Part shown: one piece after another, positions 1-12,700 of the stretch | Numbering within the stretch: position 1 is the first letter of the stretch | How the letters are laid out: each line of letters begins with the position of its first letter | DNA from: Squalus acanthias | Lineage: Eukaryota | Length of the DNA stretch: 64,000 nucleotides | Direction: 5' to 3' | Assembly (NCBI GenBank): GCA_030390025.1 | Contig: CM059445.1 | Span: 20,522,001 to 20,586,000 of the forward strand | Notes under the pieces: generated by a model | What the model saw: only the letters and a program-made list of their open reading frames with translations | Told to the model about the DNA's origin: nothing | Databases searched by the model: none | Position numbers and translations under genes: made by a program

Positions 1-2676
1 AGGGAATATCCAGAGTCACTAACACTCCCTTATGATCAGGGAATATCCAGAGTCACTAAACACTCCCTTATGAACAGGAATATCCAGAGTCACTAACACT
101 CCCTATGATCAGCAATATCCAGAGTCACTAACACTCCCTTATGATCAGCAATATCCAGAGTCACTAACACTCCCTTATGATCAGGAATATCCAGAGTCAC
201 TAACACTCCATTTGATCAGGGAATATCCAGAGTCACTAACACTCCCTTATGATCAGGGAATATCCAGAGTCACTAACACTCCCTTATGATCAGGGAATAT
301 CCAGAGTCACTAACACTCCCTTATGATCAGGAATATCCAGAGTCACTCACACTCCCTTATGATCAGGAATATCCAGAGTCACTAACACTCCCTTATGATC
401 AGGAATATCCAGAGTCACTAACACTCCCTTATGATCAGGAATATCCAGAGTCACTAACACTCCCTTATGATCAGGAATATCCAGAGTCACTAACACTCCC
501 TTATGATCAGGAATATCCAGAGTCACTAACACTCCCTTATGATCAGGGAATAACCAGAGTCACTAACACTCCCTTATGATCAGGAATATCCAGAGTCACT
601 AACACTCCCTTATGATCAGGAATATCCAGAGTCACTAACACTCCCTTATGATCAGGAATATCCAGAGTCACTAACACTCCCTTATGATCAGGGAATATCC
701 AGAGTCACTAACACTCCCTTATGATCAGGAATAGCCAGAGTCACTAACACTCCCTTATGATCAGGAATATCCAGAGTCACTAACACTCCCTTATGATCAG
801 GAATATCCAGAGTCACTAACACTCCCTTATGATCAGGAATATCCAGAGTCACTAACACTCCCTTATGATCAGGAATATCCAGAGTCACTAACACTCCCTT
901 ATGATTAGGAATATCCAGAGTCACTAACACTCCCTTATGATCAGGAATATCCAGAGTCACTAACACTCCCTTATGATCAGGAATATCCAGAGTCACTAAC
1001 ACTCCCTTATGATCAGGAATATCCAGAGTCACTAACACTCCATTATGATCAGGAATATCCAGAGTCACTAACACTCCCTTATGATCAGGAATATCCAGAG
1101 TCACTAACACTCCCTTATGATCAGGGAATATCCAGAGTCACTAACACTCCCTTATGATCAGGAATATCCAGAGTCACTTACACTCCCTTATGATCAGGAA
1201 TATCCGGAGTCACTAACACTCCCTTATGATCAGGAATATCCAGAGTCACTAACACTCCCTTATGATCAGGAATATCCAGAGTCACTAACACTCCCTTATG
1301 ATCAGGAATATCCAGAGTCATTAACACTCCCTTATGATCAGGGAATATCCAGAGTCACTAACACTCCCTTATGATCGGGGAATATCCAGAGTCACAAACA
1401 CTCCTTATGATCAGGAATATCCAGAGTCACTAACACTCCCTTTGATCAGGAATATCCAGAGTCACTACACTCCCTTATGATCAGGAATATCCAGAGTCAC
1501 TAACACTCCCTTATGATCAGGAATATCCAGAGTCACTAACACTCCCTTATGATCAGGAATATCCGGAGTCACTAACACTGCCTTATGATCAGGACTATCC
1601 AGAGTCACTAACACTCCCTTATGATCAGGAATATCCAGAGTCACTAACACTCATTATGATCAGGAATATCCGGAGTCACTAACACTGCCTTATGATCAGA
1701 TATCCAGAGTCACTAACACTCCTTATGATCGGGGAATATCCAGAGTCACTAACACTCCCTTATGATCAGGAATATCCAGAGTCACTAACACTCCCTTATG
1801 ATCAGGGAATATCCAGAGTCACTAACACTCCCTTATGATCAGGGAATATCCAGAGTCACTAACACTCCCTTATGATCGGGGAATATCCAGAGTCACTAAC
1901 ACTCCCTTATGATCAGATAATATCCAGAGTCACTAACACTCCCTTATGATCAGGAATATCCTGAGTCACTAACACTCCCTTATGATCAGGGAATATCGAA
2001 AGTCACTAACACTCCCTTATGATCAGGAATATCCAGAGTCACTAACACTCCCTTATGATCAGATAATATCCAGAGTCACTAACACTCCCTTATGATCAGG
2101 AATATCGAGAGTCACTAACACTCCCTTATGATCAGATAATATCCAGAGTCACTAACACTCCTTTATGATCGGGGAATATCCAGAGTCACTAACACTCCCT
2201 TATGATCAGGGAATATCCAGAGTCACAAACACGCCCTTATGATCAGGAATATCCAGAGTCACTAACACTCCCTTATGATCAGGAATATCCAGAGTCACTA
2301 ACACTCCCTTATGATCAGGAATATCCAGAGTCACTAACACTCCCTTATGATCAGGAATATCCAGAGTCACTAACACTCCCTTATGATCAGGAATATCCAG
2401 AATCACTAACACTCCCTTATGATCAGGGAATATCCAGAGTCACTAACACTCCCTTATGATCAGGGAATATCCAGAGTCACTAACACTCCCTTATGATCAG
2501 GAATATCCAGAGTCACTAACACTCCCTTATGATTGGGGAATATCCGGAGTCACTAACACTCCCTTATGATCCGGGAATATCCAGAGTCTTAACACTCCCT
2601 TATGGTCGGGGAATATCCAGAGTCACTAACACTCCCTTATGATCAGGAATATCCAGAGTCTCTAACACTCCCTTAT

Positions 2677-4289
2677 AGATACATAGATACATAGAAAATA
2701 GGAGCAGGAGTAGGCCATCCGGCCCTTCGAGCCTGCTCCGCCATTTAATGAGATCATGGCTGATCCTCCAATTCAGTATCCCGTCCCCGCCTTCTCTCCG
2801 TAACCCTTAACCCCTTTTGCCTGTAGAAATATATCTAATTCCCTCTTAAATATATTTAATGAGCTGGCGTACACTGCCCTCTGTGGCAATGAGTTCCACA
2901 GGTTCACCACCCTCTGAGTGAAGAAATTCCACCTCATTTCTGTCCTAAATGGTTTAGCCCTTATCCTTAAATTATGTCCTCTAGTTCTGTTCTCACCCGC
3001 CAAGGGAAACATTCCTTCTGCATCTAGTCTGTCTAGACCTGTCAGAATTTTATACACTTCTATGAGGTCCCCTCTCAATCTTCTAAACTCCAGTGTGTAC
3101 ATCCCTAAACTACATAGTCTCTCCTCATAGGTCAATCCCGCCATTCCTGGTATCAGCCTGGTGAATCGCCGCTGCACCCCCTCCATGGCAAGAACATCTT
3201 TCCTCAGATGAGGCGACCAAAACTGTACACAGTACTCGAGGTGTGGTCTCACCAGTGCCCTGTACAGCTGCAGCAAGGTATCCCTGTTCCTGTATTCCAA
3301 CCCTTTTGCTATGAAGGCCAGCATACCGTTTGCCTTCTTGACCGCCTGTTGCACCTGCATGCTCGCCTTCAGTGACTGGTGTACAAGAACACCCAGGTCT
3401 CTCTGTACTTCCCCCTCTCCCAATTTATTGCCATTTAAATAATAATTTGCCCTCCCGTTCCTGCACCCAAGGTGGATAACTTCGCACTTGTCCACATTAT
3501 AGTGCATCTGCCATTTATCCGCCCAATCACCCAGTCTGTCCAAATCGCTCTGGAGCTTCCTGGTCTCCTCCTCTGAGCCCACCCCCCCTCCTAGTTTAGT
3601 GTCGTCTGCAAATTTGGAAATGCTGCATCCGACTCCCTGATCCAGGTCATTAATGTAAATTGTGAACAGCTGGGGACCCAGGACAGATCCCTGTGGTACC
3701 CCACTTGTTACTGCCTGCCATTCAGAAAATGAGCCGTTTATTCCAACTCTCTGTTTTCTATCTGACAGCCAGTTCTCTATCCACGTCAATACTTTCCCCT
3801 TTATCCCATGAGCTTCAATTTTCCCTGCTAATCTTTTATGTGGGACCTTATCGAAGGCCTTTTGGAAGTCCAGGTACACCACATCTACTGGCTCTCCCCC
3901 ATCTATTTTACCAGTTACTCCCTCAAAAAATTCCAATAGATTAGTCAAGCACGATTTACCCTTTGTAAATCCATGTTGACTCTGTCCTATCCTGTCCCCA
4001 TTTGCTAAGTGCTCCGCTATTTCATCCTTAATGATGGACTCCAGCATTTTGCCCACAACTGATGTAAGGCTTACAGGTCTGTAATTACCTGCTTTTTCCC
4101 TACCCCCCTTTTTGAATAGTGGGGTAACGTTAGCTACCCTCCAATCCATGGGCACTGTTCCCGAGTCTAATGAATTCTGAAAAATCATACTTAGTGCATC
4201 CGCTATCTCTAGGGCCACCTCCTTCAGCACCCTAGGATGCATGTTATCAGGCCCTGGGGATTTGTCCGCCTTCAATCCCTTGAGCTTCC
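2677..4289 (-). mobile_element. 5'-truncated CR1-clade LINE (copy 1) with an uninterrupted RT and C-terminal ORF2 and intact 3' UTR/tail
   Basis: ORF 2773-4308(-): KSPGPD, NYRPVSLTS, DFQKAFDKVPH, SGVPQGSVLGP, KFADDTKL, LYRALVRPHLEY, RTRGH; (CATAGATA)n tail at 2677-2697 on +; flanked by a duplicated satellite segment. Confidence 0.95.
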
Positions 4290-7200
4290 TATCCAGAGTC
4301 TCTAACACTCCCCTTATGATCGGGGAATATCCAGAGTCACTAACACTCCCTTATGATGAGGGACTATCCAGAGTCACTAACACTCCCTTATGATCAGGGA
4401 ATATCCAGAGTCACTAACACTCCCTTATGATCAGGAATATCCAGAGTCACTAACACTCCCTTATGATCAGGAATATCCAGAGTCACTAACACTCCCTTAT
4501 GATCAGGAATATCCAGAGTCACTAACACTCCCTTATGATCAGGGAATATCCAGAGTCACTAACACTCCCTTATGATCAGGAATATCCAGAGTCACTAACA
4601 CTCCCTTATGATCAGGAATATCCAGAGTCACTAACACTCCCTTATGATCAGGGAATATCCAGAGTCACTAACACTCCCTTATGATCAGGGAATATCCAGA
4701 GTCACTAACACTCCCTTATGAACAGGGAATATCCAGAGTCACTAACACTCCCTTATGAACAGGGAATATCCAGAGTCACTGACACACCCTTATGAACAGG
4801 GAATATCCAGAGTCACTAACACACCCTTATGATCAGGGAATATCCAGAGTCACTAACACTCCCTTATGAACAGGGAATATCCAGAGTCACTAACACTCCC
4901 TTATGAACAGGGAATATCCAGAGTCACTAACACTCCCTTATGAACAGGGAATATCCAGAGTCACTAACACTCCCTTATGATCAGGGAATATCCAGAGTCA
5001 CTAACACTCCCTTATGAACAGGGAATATCCAGAGTCACTAACACTCCCTTATGATTAGGGTATAACCAGAGTGACTAACACTCCCTTATGATCAGGAATA
5101 TCCAGAGTCACTGACACTCCCTTATGATCAGGAATATCCAGAGTCACTAACACTCCCTTATGAACAGGGAATATCCAGAGTCACTAACACTCCCTTATGA
5201 TCAGGGAATATCCAGAGTCACTAACACTCCCTTATGAACAGTGAATATCCAGAGTCACTAACACTCCCTTATGATCAGCAATATCCAGAGTCACTAACAC
5301 TCCCTTATGATCAGCAATATCCAGAGTCACTAACACTCCCTTATGATCAGGAATATCCAGAGTCACTAACACTCCATTTTGATCAGGGAATATCCAGAGT
5401 CACTAACACTCCCTTATGATCAGGGAATATCCAGAGTCACTAACACTCCCTTATGATCAGGGAATATCCAGAGTCACTAACACTCCCTTATGATCAGGGA
5501 ATATCCAGAGTCACTAACACTCCCTTATGATCAGGAATATCCAGAGTCACTAACACGCCCTTATGATCAGGGATATCCAGAGTCACTGACACTCCCTTAT
5601 GATCAGGAATATCCAGAGTCACTAACACGCCCTTATGATCAGGGAATATCCAGAGTCACTAACACTCCCTTATGATCAGGAATATCCAGAGTCACTAACA
5701 CTCCCTTATGATCAGGAATATCCAGAGTCACTCACACTCCCTTCTGATCAGGAATATCCAGAGTCACTCACACTCCCTTATGATCAGGAATATCCAGAGT
5801 CACTAACACTCCCTTATGATCAGGAATATCCAGAGTCACTAACACTCCCTTATGATCAGGAATATCCAGAGTCACTAACACTCCCTTATGATCAGGAATA
5901 TCCAGAGTCACTAACACTCCCTTATGATCAGGAATATCCAGAGTCACTAACACTCCCTTATGATCAGGGAATAACCAGAGTCACTAACACTCCCTTATGA
6001 TCAGGAATATCCAGAGTCACTAACACTCCCTTATGATCAGGAATATCCAGAGTCACTAACACTCCCTTATGATCAGGAATATCCAGAGTCACTAACACTC
6101 CCTTATGATCAGGGAATATCCAGAGTCACTAACACTCCCTTATGATCAGGGAATATCCAGAGTCACTAACACTCCCTTATGATCAGGGAATATCCAGAGT
6201 CACTAACACTCCCTTATGATCAGGAATATCCAGAGTCACTAACACTCCCTTATGATCAGGAATATCCAGAGTCACTAACACTCCCTTATGATCAGGAATA
6301 TCCAGAGTCACTAACACTCCCTTATGATAGGAATATCCAGAGTCACTACACTCCCTTATGATCAGGAATATCCAGAGTCACTAACACTCCCTTATGATCA
6401 GGAATATCCAGAGTCACTAACACTCCCTTATGATCAGGAATATCCAGAGTCACTAACACTCCCTTATGATCAGGAATATCCAGAGTCACTAACACTCCCT
6501 TATGATCAGGAATATCCAGAGTCACTCACACTCCCTTATGATCAGGGAATATCCAGAGTCACTAACACTCCCTTATGATCAGGAATATCCAGAGTCACTT
6601 ACACTCCCTTATGATCAGGAATATCCGGAGTCACTAACACTCCCTTATGATCAGGAATATCCAGAGTCACTAACACTCCCTTATGATCAGGGAATATCCA
6701 GAGTCACTACACTCCCTTATGATCAGGAATATCCAGAGTCACTAACACTCCCTTATGATCAGGAATATCCAGAGTCACTAACACTCCCTTATGATCGGGG
6801 AATATCCAGAGTCACTAACACTCCCTTATGATCAGGGAATATCCAGAGTCACTAACACTCCCTTATGATCAGGAATATCCAGAGTCACTAACACTCCCTT
6901 ATGATCAGGAATATCCAGAGTCACTAACACTCCCTTATGATCAGGAATATCCAGAGTCACTAACACTCCCTTATGATCAGGAATATCCGGAGTCACTAAC
7001 ACTGCCTTATGATCAGGGACTATCCAGAGTCACTAACACTCCCTTATGATCAGGGAATATCCAGAGTCACTAACACTCATTATGATCAGGAATATCCGGA
7101 GTCACTAACACTGCCTTATGATCAGGAATATCCAGAGTCACTAACACTCCCTTATGATCGGGGAATATCCAGAGTCACTAACACTCCCTTATGATCAGGA

Positions 7201-8105
7201 ATATCCAGAGTCACTAACACTCCCTTATGATCAGGGAATATCCAGAGTCACTAACACTCCCTTATGATCAGGGAATATCCAGAGTCACTAACACTCCCTT
7301 ATGATCGGGGAATATCCAGAGTCACTAACACTCCCTTATGATCAGATAATATCCAGAGTCACTAACACTCCCTTATGATCAGGAATATCCTGAGTCACTA
7401 ACACTCCCTTATGATCAGGGAATATCGAAAGTCACTAACACTCCCTTATGATCAGGAATATCCAGAGTCACTAACACTCCCTTATGATCAGATAATATCC
7501 AGAGTCACTAACACTCCCTTATGATCAGGAATATCGAGAGTCACTAACACTCCCTTATGATCAGATAATATCCAGAGTCACTAACACTCCTTTATGATCG
7601 GGGAATATCCAGAGTCACTAACACTCCCTTATGATCAGGGAATATCCAGAGTCACAAACACGCCCTTATGATCAGGAATATCCAGAGTCACTAACACTCC
7701 CTTATGATCAGGAATATCCAGAGTCACTAACACTCCCTTATGATCAGGAATATCCAGAGTCACTAACACTCCCTTATGATCAGGAATATCCAGAGTCATT
7801 GACACTCCCTTATGATCAGGAATATCCAGAATCACTAACACTCCCTTATGATCAGGGAATATCCAGAGTCACTAACACTCCCTTATGATCAGGGAATATC
7901 CAGAGTCACTAACACTCCCTTATGATCAGGAATATCCAGAGTCACTAACACTCCCTTATGATTGGGGATATCCGGAGTCACTAACACTCCCTTATGATCC
8001 GGGAATATCCAGAGTCTTAAACACTCCCTTATGGTCGGGGAATATCCAGAGTCACTAACACTCCCTTATGATCAGGAATATCCAGAGTCTCTAACACTCC
8101 CTTAT

Positions 8106-9718
8106 AGATACATAGATACATAGAAAATAGGAGCAGGAGTAGGCCATCCGGCCCTTCGAGCCTGCTCCGCCATTTAATGAGATCATGGCTGATCCTCCAA
8201 TTCAGTATCCCGTCCCCGCCTTCTCTCCGTAACCCTTAACCCCTTTTGCCTGTAGAAATATATCTAATTCCCTCTTAAATATATTTAATGAGCTGGCGTA
8301 CACTGCCCTCTGTGGCAATGAGTTCCACAGGTTCACCACCCTCTGAGTGAAGAAATTCCACCTCATCTCTGTCCTAAATGGTTTAGCCCTTATCCTTAAA
8401 TTATGTCCTCTAGTTCTGTTCTCACCCGCCAAGGGAAACATTCCTTCTGCATCTAGTCTGTCTAGACATGTCAGAATTTTATACACTTCTATGAGGTCCC
8501 CTCTCAATCTTCTAAACTCCAGTGTGTACATCCCTAAACTACATAGTCTCTCCTCATAGGTCAATCCCGCCATTCCTGGTATCAGCCTGGTGAATCGCCG
8601 CTGCACCCCCTCCATGGCAAGAACATCTTTCCTCAGATGAGGCGACCAAAACTGTACACAGTACTCGAGGTGTGGTCTCACCAGTGCCCTGTACAGCTGC
8701 AGCAAGGTATCCCTGTTCCTGTATTCCAACCCTTTTGCTATGAAGGCCAGCATACCGTTTGCCTTCTTGACCGCCTGTTGCACCTGCATGCTCGCCTTCA
8801 GTGACTGGTGTACAAGAACACCCAGGTCTCTCTGTACTTCCCCCTCTCCCAATTTATTGCCATTTAAATAATAATTTGCCCTCCCGTTCCTGCACCCAAG
8901 GTGGATAACTACGCACTTGTCCACATTATAGTGCATCTGCCATTTATCCGCCCAATCACCCAGTCTGTCCAAATCGCTCTGGAGCTTCCTGGTCTCCTCC
9001 TCTGAGCCCACCCCCCCTCCTAGTTTAGTGTCGTCTGCAAATTTGGAAATGCTGCATCCGACTCCCTGATCCAGGTCATTAATGTAAATTGTGAACAGCT
9101 GGGGACCCAGGACAGATCCCTGTGGTACCCCACTTGTTACTGCCTGCCATCAGAAAATGAGCCGTTTATTCCAACTCTCTGTTTCTATCTGACAGCCAGT
9201 TCTCTATCCACGTCAATACTTTCCCCTTTATCCCATGAGCTTCAATTTTCCCTGCTAATCTTTTATGTGGGACCTTATCGAAGGCCTTTTGGAAGTCCAG
9301 GTACACCACATCTACTGGCTCTCCCCCATCTATTTTACCAGTTACTCCCTCAAAAAATTCCAATAGATTAGTCAAGCACGATTTACCCTTTGTAAATCCA
9401 TGTTGACTCTGTCCTATCCTGTCCCCATTTGCTAAGTGCTCCGCTATTTCATCCTTAATGATGGACTCCAGCATTTTGCCCACAACTGATGTAAGGCTTA
9501 CAGGTCTGTAATTACCTGCTTTTTCCCTCCCCCCCTTTTTGAATAGTTGGGGTAACGTTAGCTACCCTCCAATCCATGGGCACTGTTCCCGAGTCTAATG
9601 AATTCTGAAAAATCATACTTAGTGCATCCGCTATCTCTAGGGCCACCTCCTTCAGCACCCTAGGATGCATGTTATCAGGCCCTGGGGATTTGTCCGCCTT
9701 CAATCCCTTGAGCTTCCT
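8106..9718 (-). mobile_element. CR1-clade LINE (copy 2), near-identical to copy 1, frameshifted by several 1-bp indels
   Basis: Same truncation point, tail and flanks as 2677-4289, offset 5429 bp; ORF broken into 8202-9011, 9166-9483 and 9512-9703. Confidence 0.95.
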
Positions 9719-12700
9719 TATCCAGAGTCTCTAACACTCCCTTATGATCGGGGAATATCCAGAGTCACTAACACTCCCTTATGATGAGGGACTATCCAGA
9801 GTCACTAACACTCCCTTATGATCAGGGAATATCCAGAGTCACTAACACTCCCTTATGATCAGGAATATCCAGAGTCACTAACACTCCTTATGATCAGGAA
9901 TATCCAGAGTCACTAACACTCCCTCATGATCAGGAATATCCAGAGTCACTAACACTCCCTTATGATCAGGAATATCCAGAGTCACTAACACTCCCTTATG
10001 ATCAGAATATCCAGAGTCACGAACACTCCCTTATGATCAGGAATATCCAGAGTCACTAACACTCCCTTATGATCAGGAATATCCAGAGTCACTAAACACT
10101 CCCTTATGATCAGAAAATCCAGAGTCACTAACACTCCCTTATGATCAGGAATATCCAGAGTCACTAACACTCCCTTATGATCAGGAATATCCAGAGTCAC
10201 TAACACTCCCTTATGATCAGGAATATCCAGAGTCACTAACACTCCCTTATGATCAGGAATATCCAGAGTCACTAACACTCCCTTATGATCAGGAATATCC
10301 AGAGTCACTAACACTCCCTTATGATCAGGAATATCCAAGAGTCACTAACACTCCCTTATGATCAGGAATATCCAGAGTCACTACACTCCCTGATGATCAG
10401 GAATATCCAGAGTCACTAACACTCCCTTATGATCAGGAATATCCAGAGTCACTAACACTCCCTTATGATCAGGAATATCCAGAGTCACTAACACTCCCTT
10501 ATGATCAGGAATATCCAGAGTCACTAACACTCCCCTTATGATCAGGAATATCCAGAGTCCACTAACACTCCCTTATGATCAGGAATATCCAGAGTCACTA
10601 ACACTCCCTTATGATCCGGGATATCCAAGTCACTAACACTCCCTTATGATCAGGAATATCCAGAGTCACTAACACTCCCTTATGATCAGGAATATCCAGA
10701 GTCACTAACCACTCCCTTATGATCAGAATATCCAGAGTCACTAACACTCCCTTATGATCGGGAATATCCAGAGTCACTAACACTCCCTTATGATCAGGAA
10801 TATCCAGAGTCACTAACACTCCCTTATGAACAGGAATATCCAGAGTCACTAACACTCCCTTATGATCAGGAATATCCAGAGTCAGTAACACTCCCTTATG
10901 ATCAGGAATATCCGGAGTCACTAACACTCCCTTATGATCAGGGAATATCCAGAGTCACTAACACTCCCTTATGATCAGGAATATCCAGAGTCACTAACAC
11001 TCCCTTATGATCAGGAATATCCAGAGTCACTAACACTCCCTTATGATCAGGAATATCCAGAGTCACTAACACTCCCTTATGATCAGGAATATCCAGAGTC
11101 ACTAACACTCCCTGATGATCAGGAATATCCAGAGTCACTAACACTCCCTTATGATCAGGAATATCCAGAGTCACTAACGCTCCCTTATGATCAGGAATAT
11201 CCAGAGTCACTAACACTCCCTTATGATCAGGGAATATCCAGAGTCACTAACACTCCCTTATGATCGGGGAATATCCAGAGTCACTAACACTCCCTTATGA
11301 TCGGGGAATATCCAGAGTCACTAACACTCCCTTATGATCAGGAATATCCAGAGACACTAACACTCCCTTTTGATCAGGAATATCCAGAGTCACTAACACT
11401 CCCTTAAGATCAGGAATATCCAGAGTCACTAACACTCCCTTATGATCAGGGAATATCCAGAGTCACTAACACTCCCTTATGATCAGGAATATCCAGAGTC
11501 ACTAACACTCCCTTATGATCAGGAATAAAGAGACACTAACACTCCCTTATGATCAGGAATATCCAGAGTCACTAACTCTCCCTTATGATCAGGGAATATT
11601 GAGAGTCACTAACACTCCCTTATGATCAGGGAATATCGAGAGTCACTAACACTCTCTTATGATCAGGAATATCCAGAGTCACTAACACTCCTTATGATCA
11701 GGAATATCCAGAGTCACTAACACTCCCTTATGATCAGGGAATATCCAGAGTCACCAACACTCCCTTATGATCGGGGAATATCCAGAGTCACTAACACTCG
11801 CTTATGATCAGGAATATCCAGAGTCACTAACACTCCCTTATGATCAGGAACATCCAGAGTCACTAACACTCCCTTATGATCAGGAACATCCAGAGTCACT
11901 AACACTCCCTTATAATCAAGGAATATCCAGAGTCACTAACACTCCCTTATGATCAGGAACATCCAGAGTCACTAACACTCCCATATGATCAGGAATATCC
12001 AGAGTCAGTAAACTCCCCTTATGATCAGGAACATCCAGAGTCACTAACAAACTCCCTTATGATCAGGAATATCCAGAGTCACGAACACTCCCTTATGATC
12101 AGGAACATCCAGAGTCACTCACACTCCCTTATGATCAGGAATATCCAGAGTCACTAACACTCCCTTATGATCAGGAACATCCAGAGTCACTAACACTCCC
12201 TTATGATCAGGAATATCCAGAGTCACTAACACTCCCTTATGATCAGGAACATCCAGAGTCACTAACACTCCCTTATGATCAGGAATATCCAGAGTCACTA
12301 ACACTCCCTTATGATCAGGGAATATCCAGAGTCACTAACACTCCCTTATGATCAGGAATATCCAGAGTCAATAAAACTTTCATTGTGTTCAGGAATATCC
12401 AGAGTCACTAACACTCCCTTATGATCAGGGAATATCCAGAGTCACTAACACTCCCTTATGATCAGGAATATCCAGAGTCACTAACACTCTCTTATGATCA
12501 GGAATATCCAGAGTCACTTACACTCCCTTATGATCAGGAATATCCAGAGTCACTAACACTCTCTTATGATCAGGAATATCCAGAGTCACTAACACTCCCT
12601 TATGATCAGGGAATATCCAGAGTCACTAAAACTCCCTTATGATCAGGAATATCCAGAGTCACTAACACTCCCTTATGATCAGGGAATATCCAGAGTCACT

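Noticed and set aside
2773-4308. RT plus repeat array as a retron-, DGR- or telomerase-like system
   Set aside because: The RT is an ordinary 5'-truncated CR1 ORF2 with its own 3' tail and TSD, so it inserted into a pre-existing array. The apparent in-frame start in the satellite hits a stop within about one monomer.
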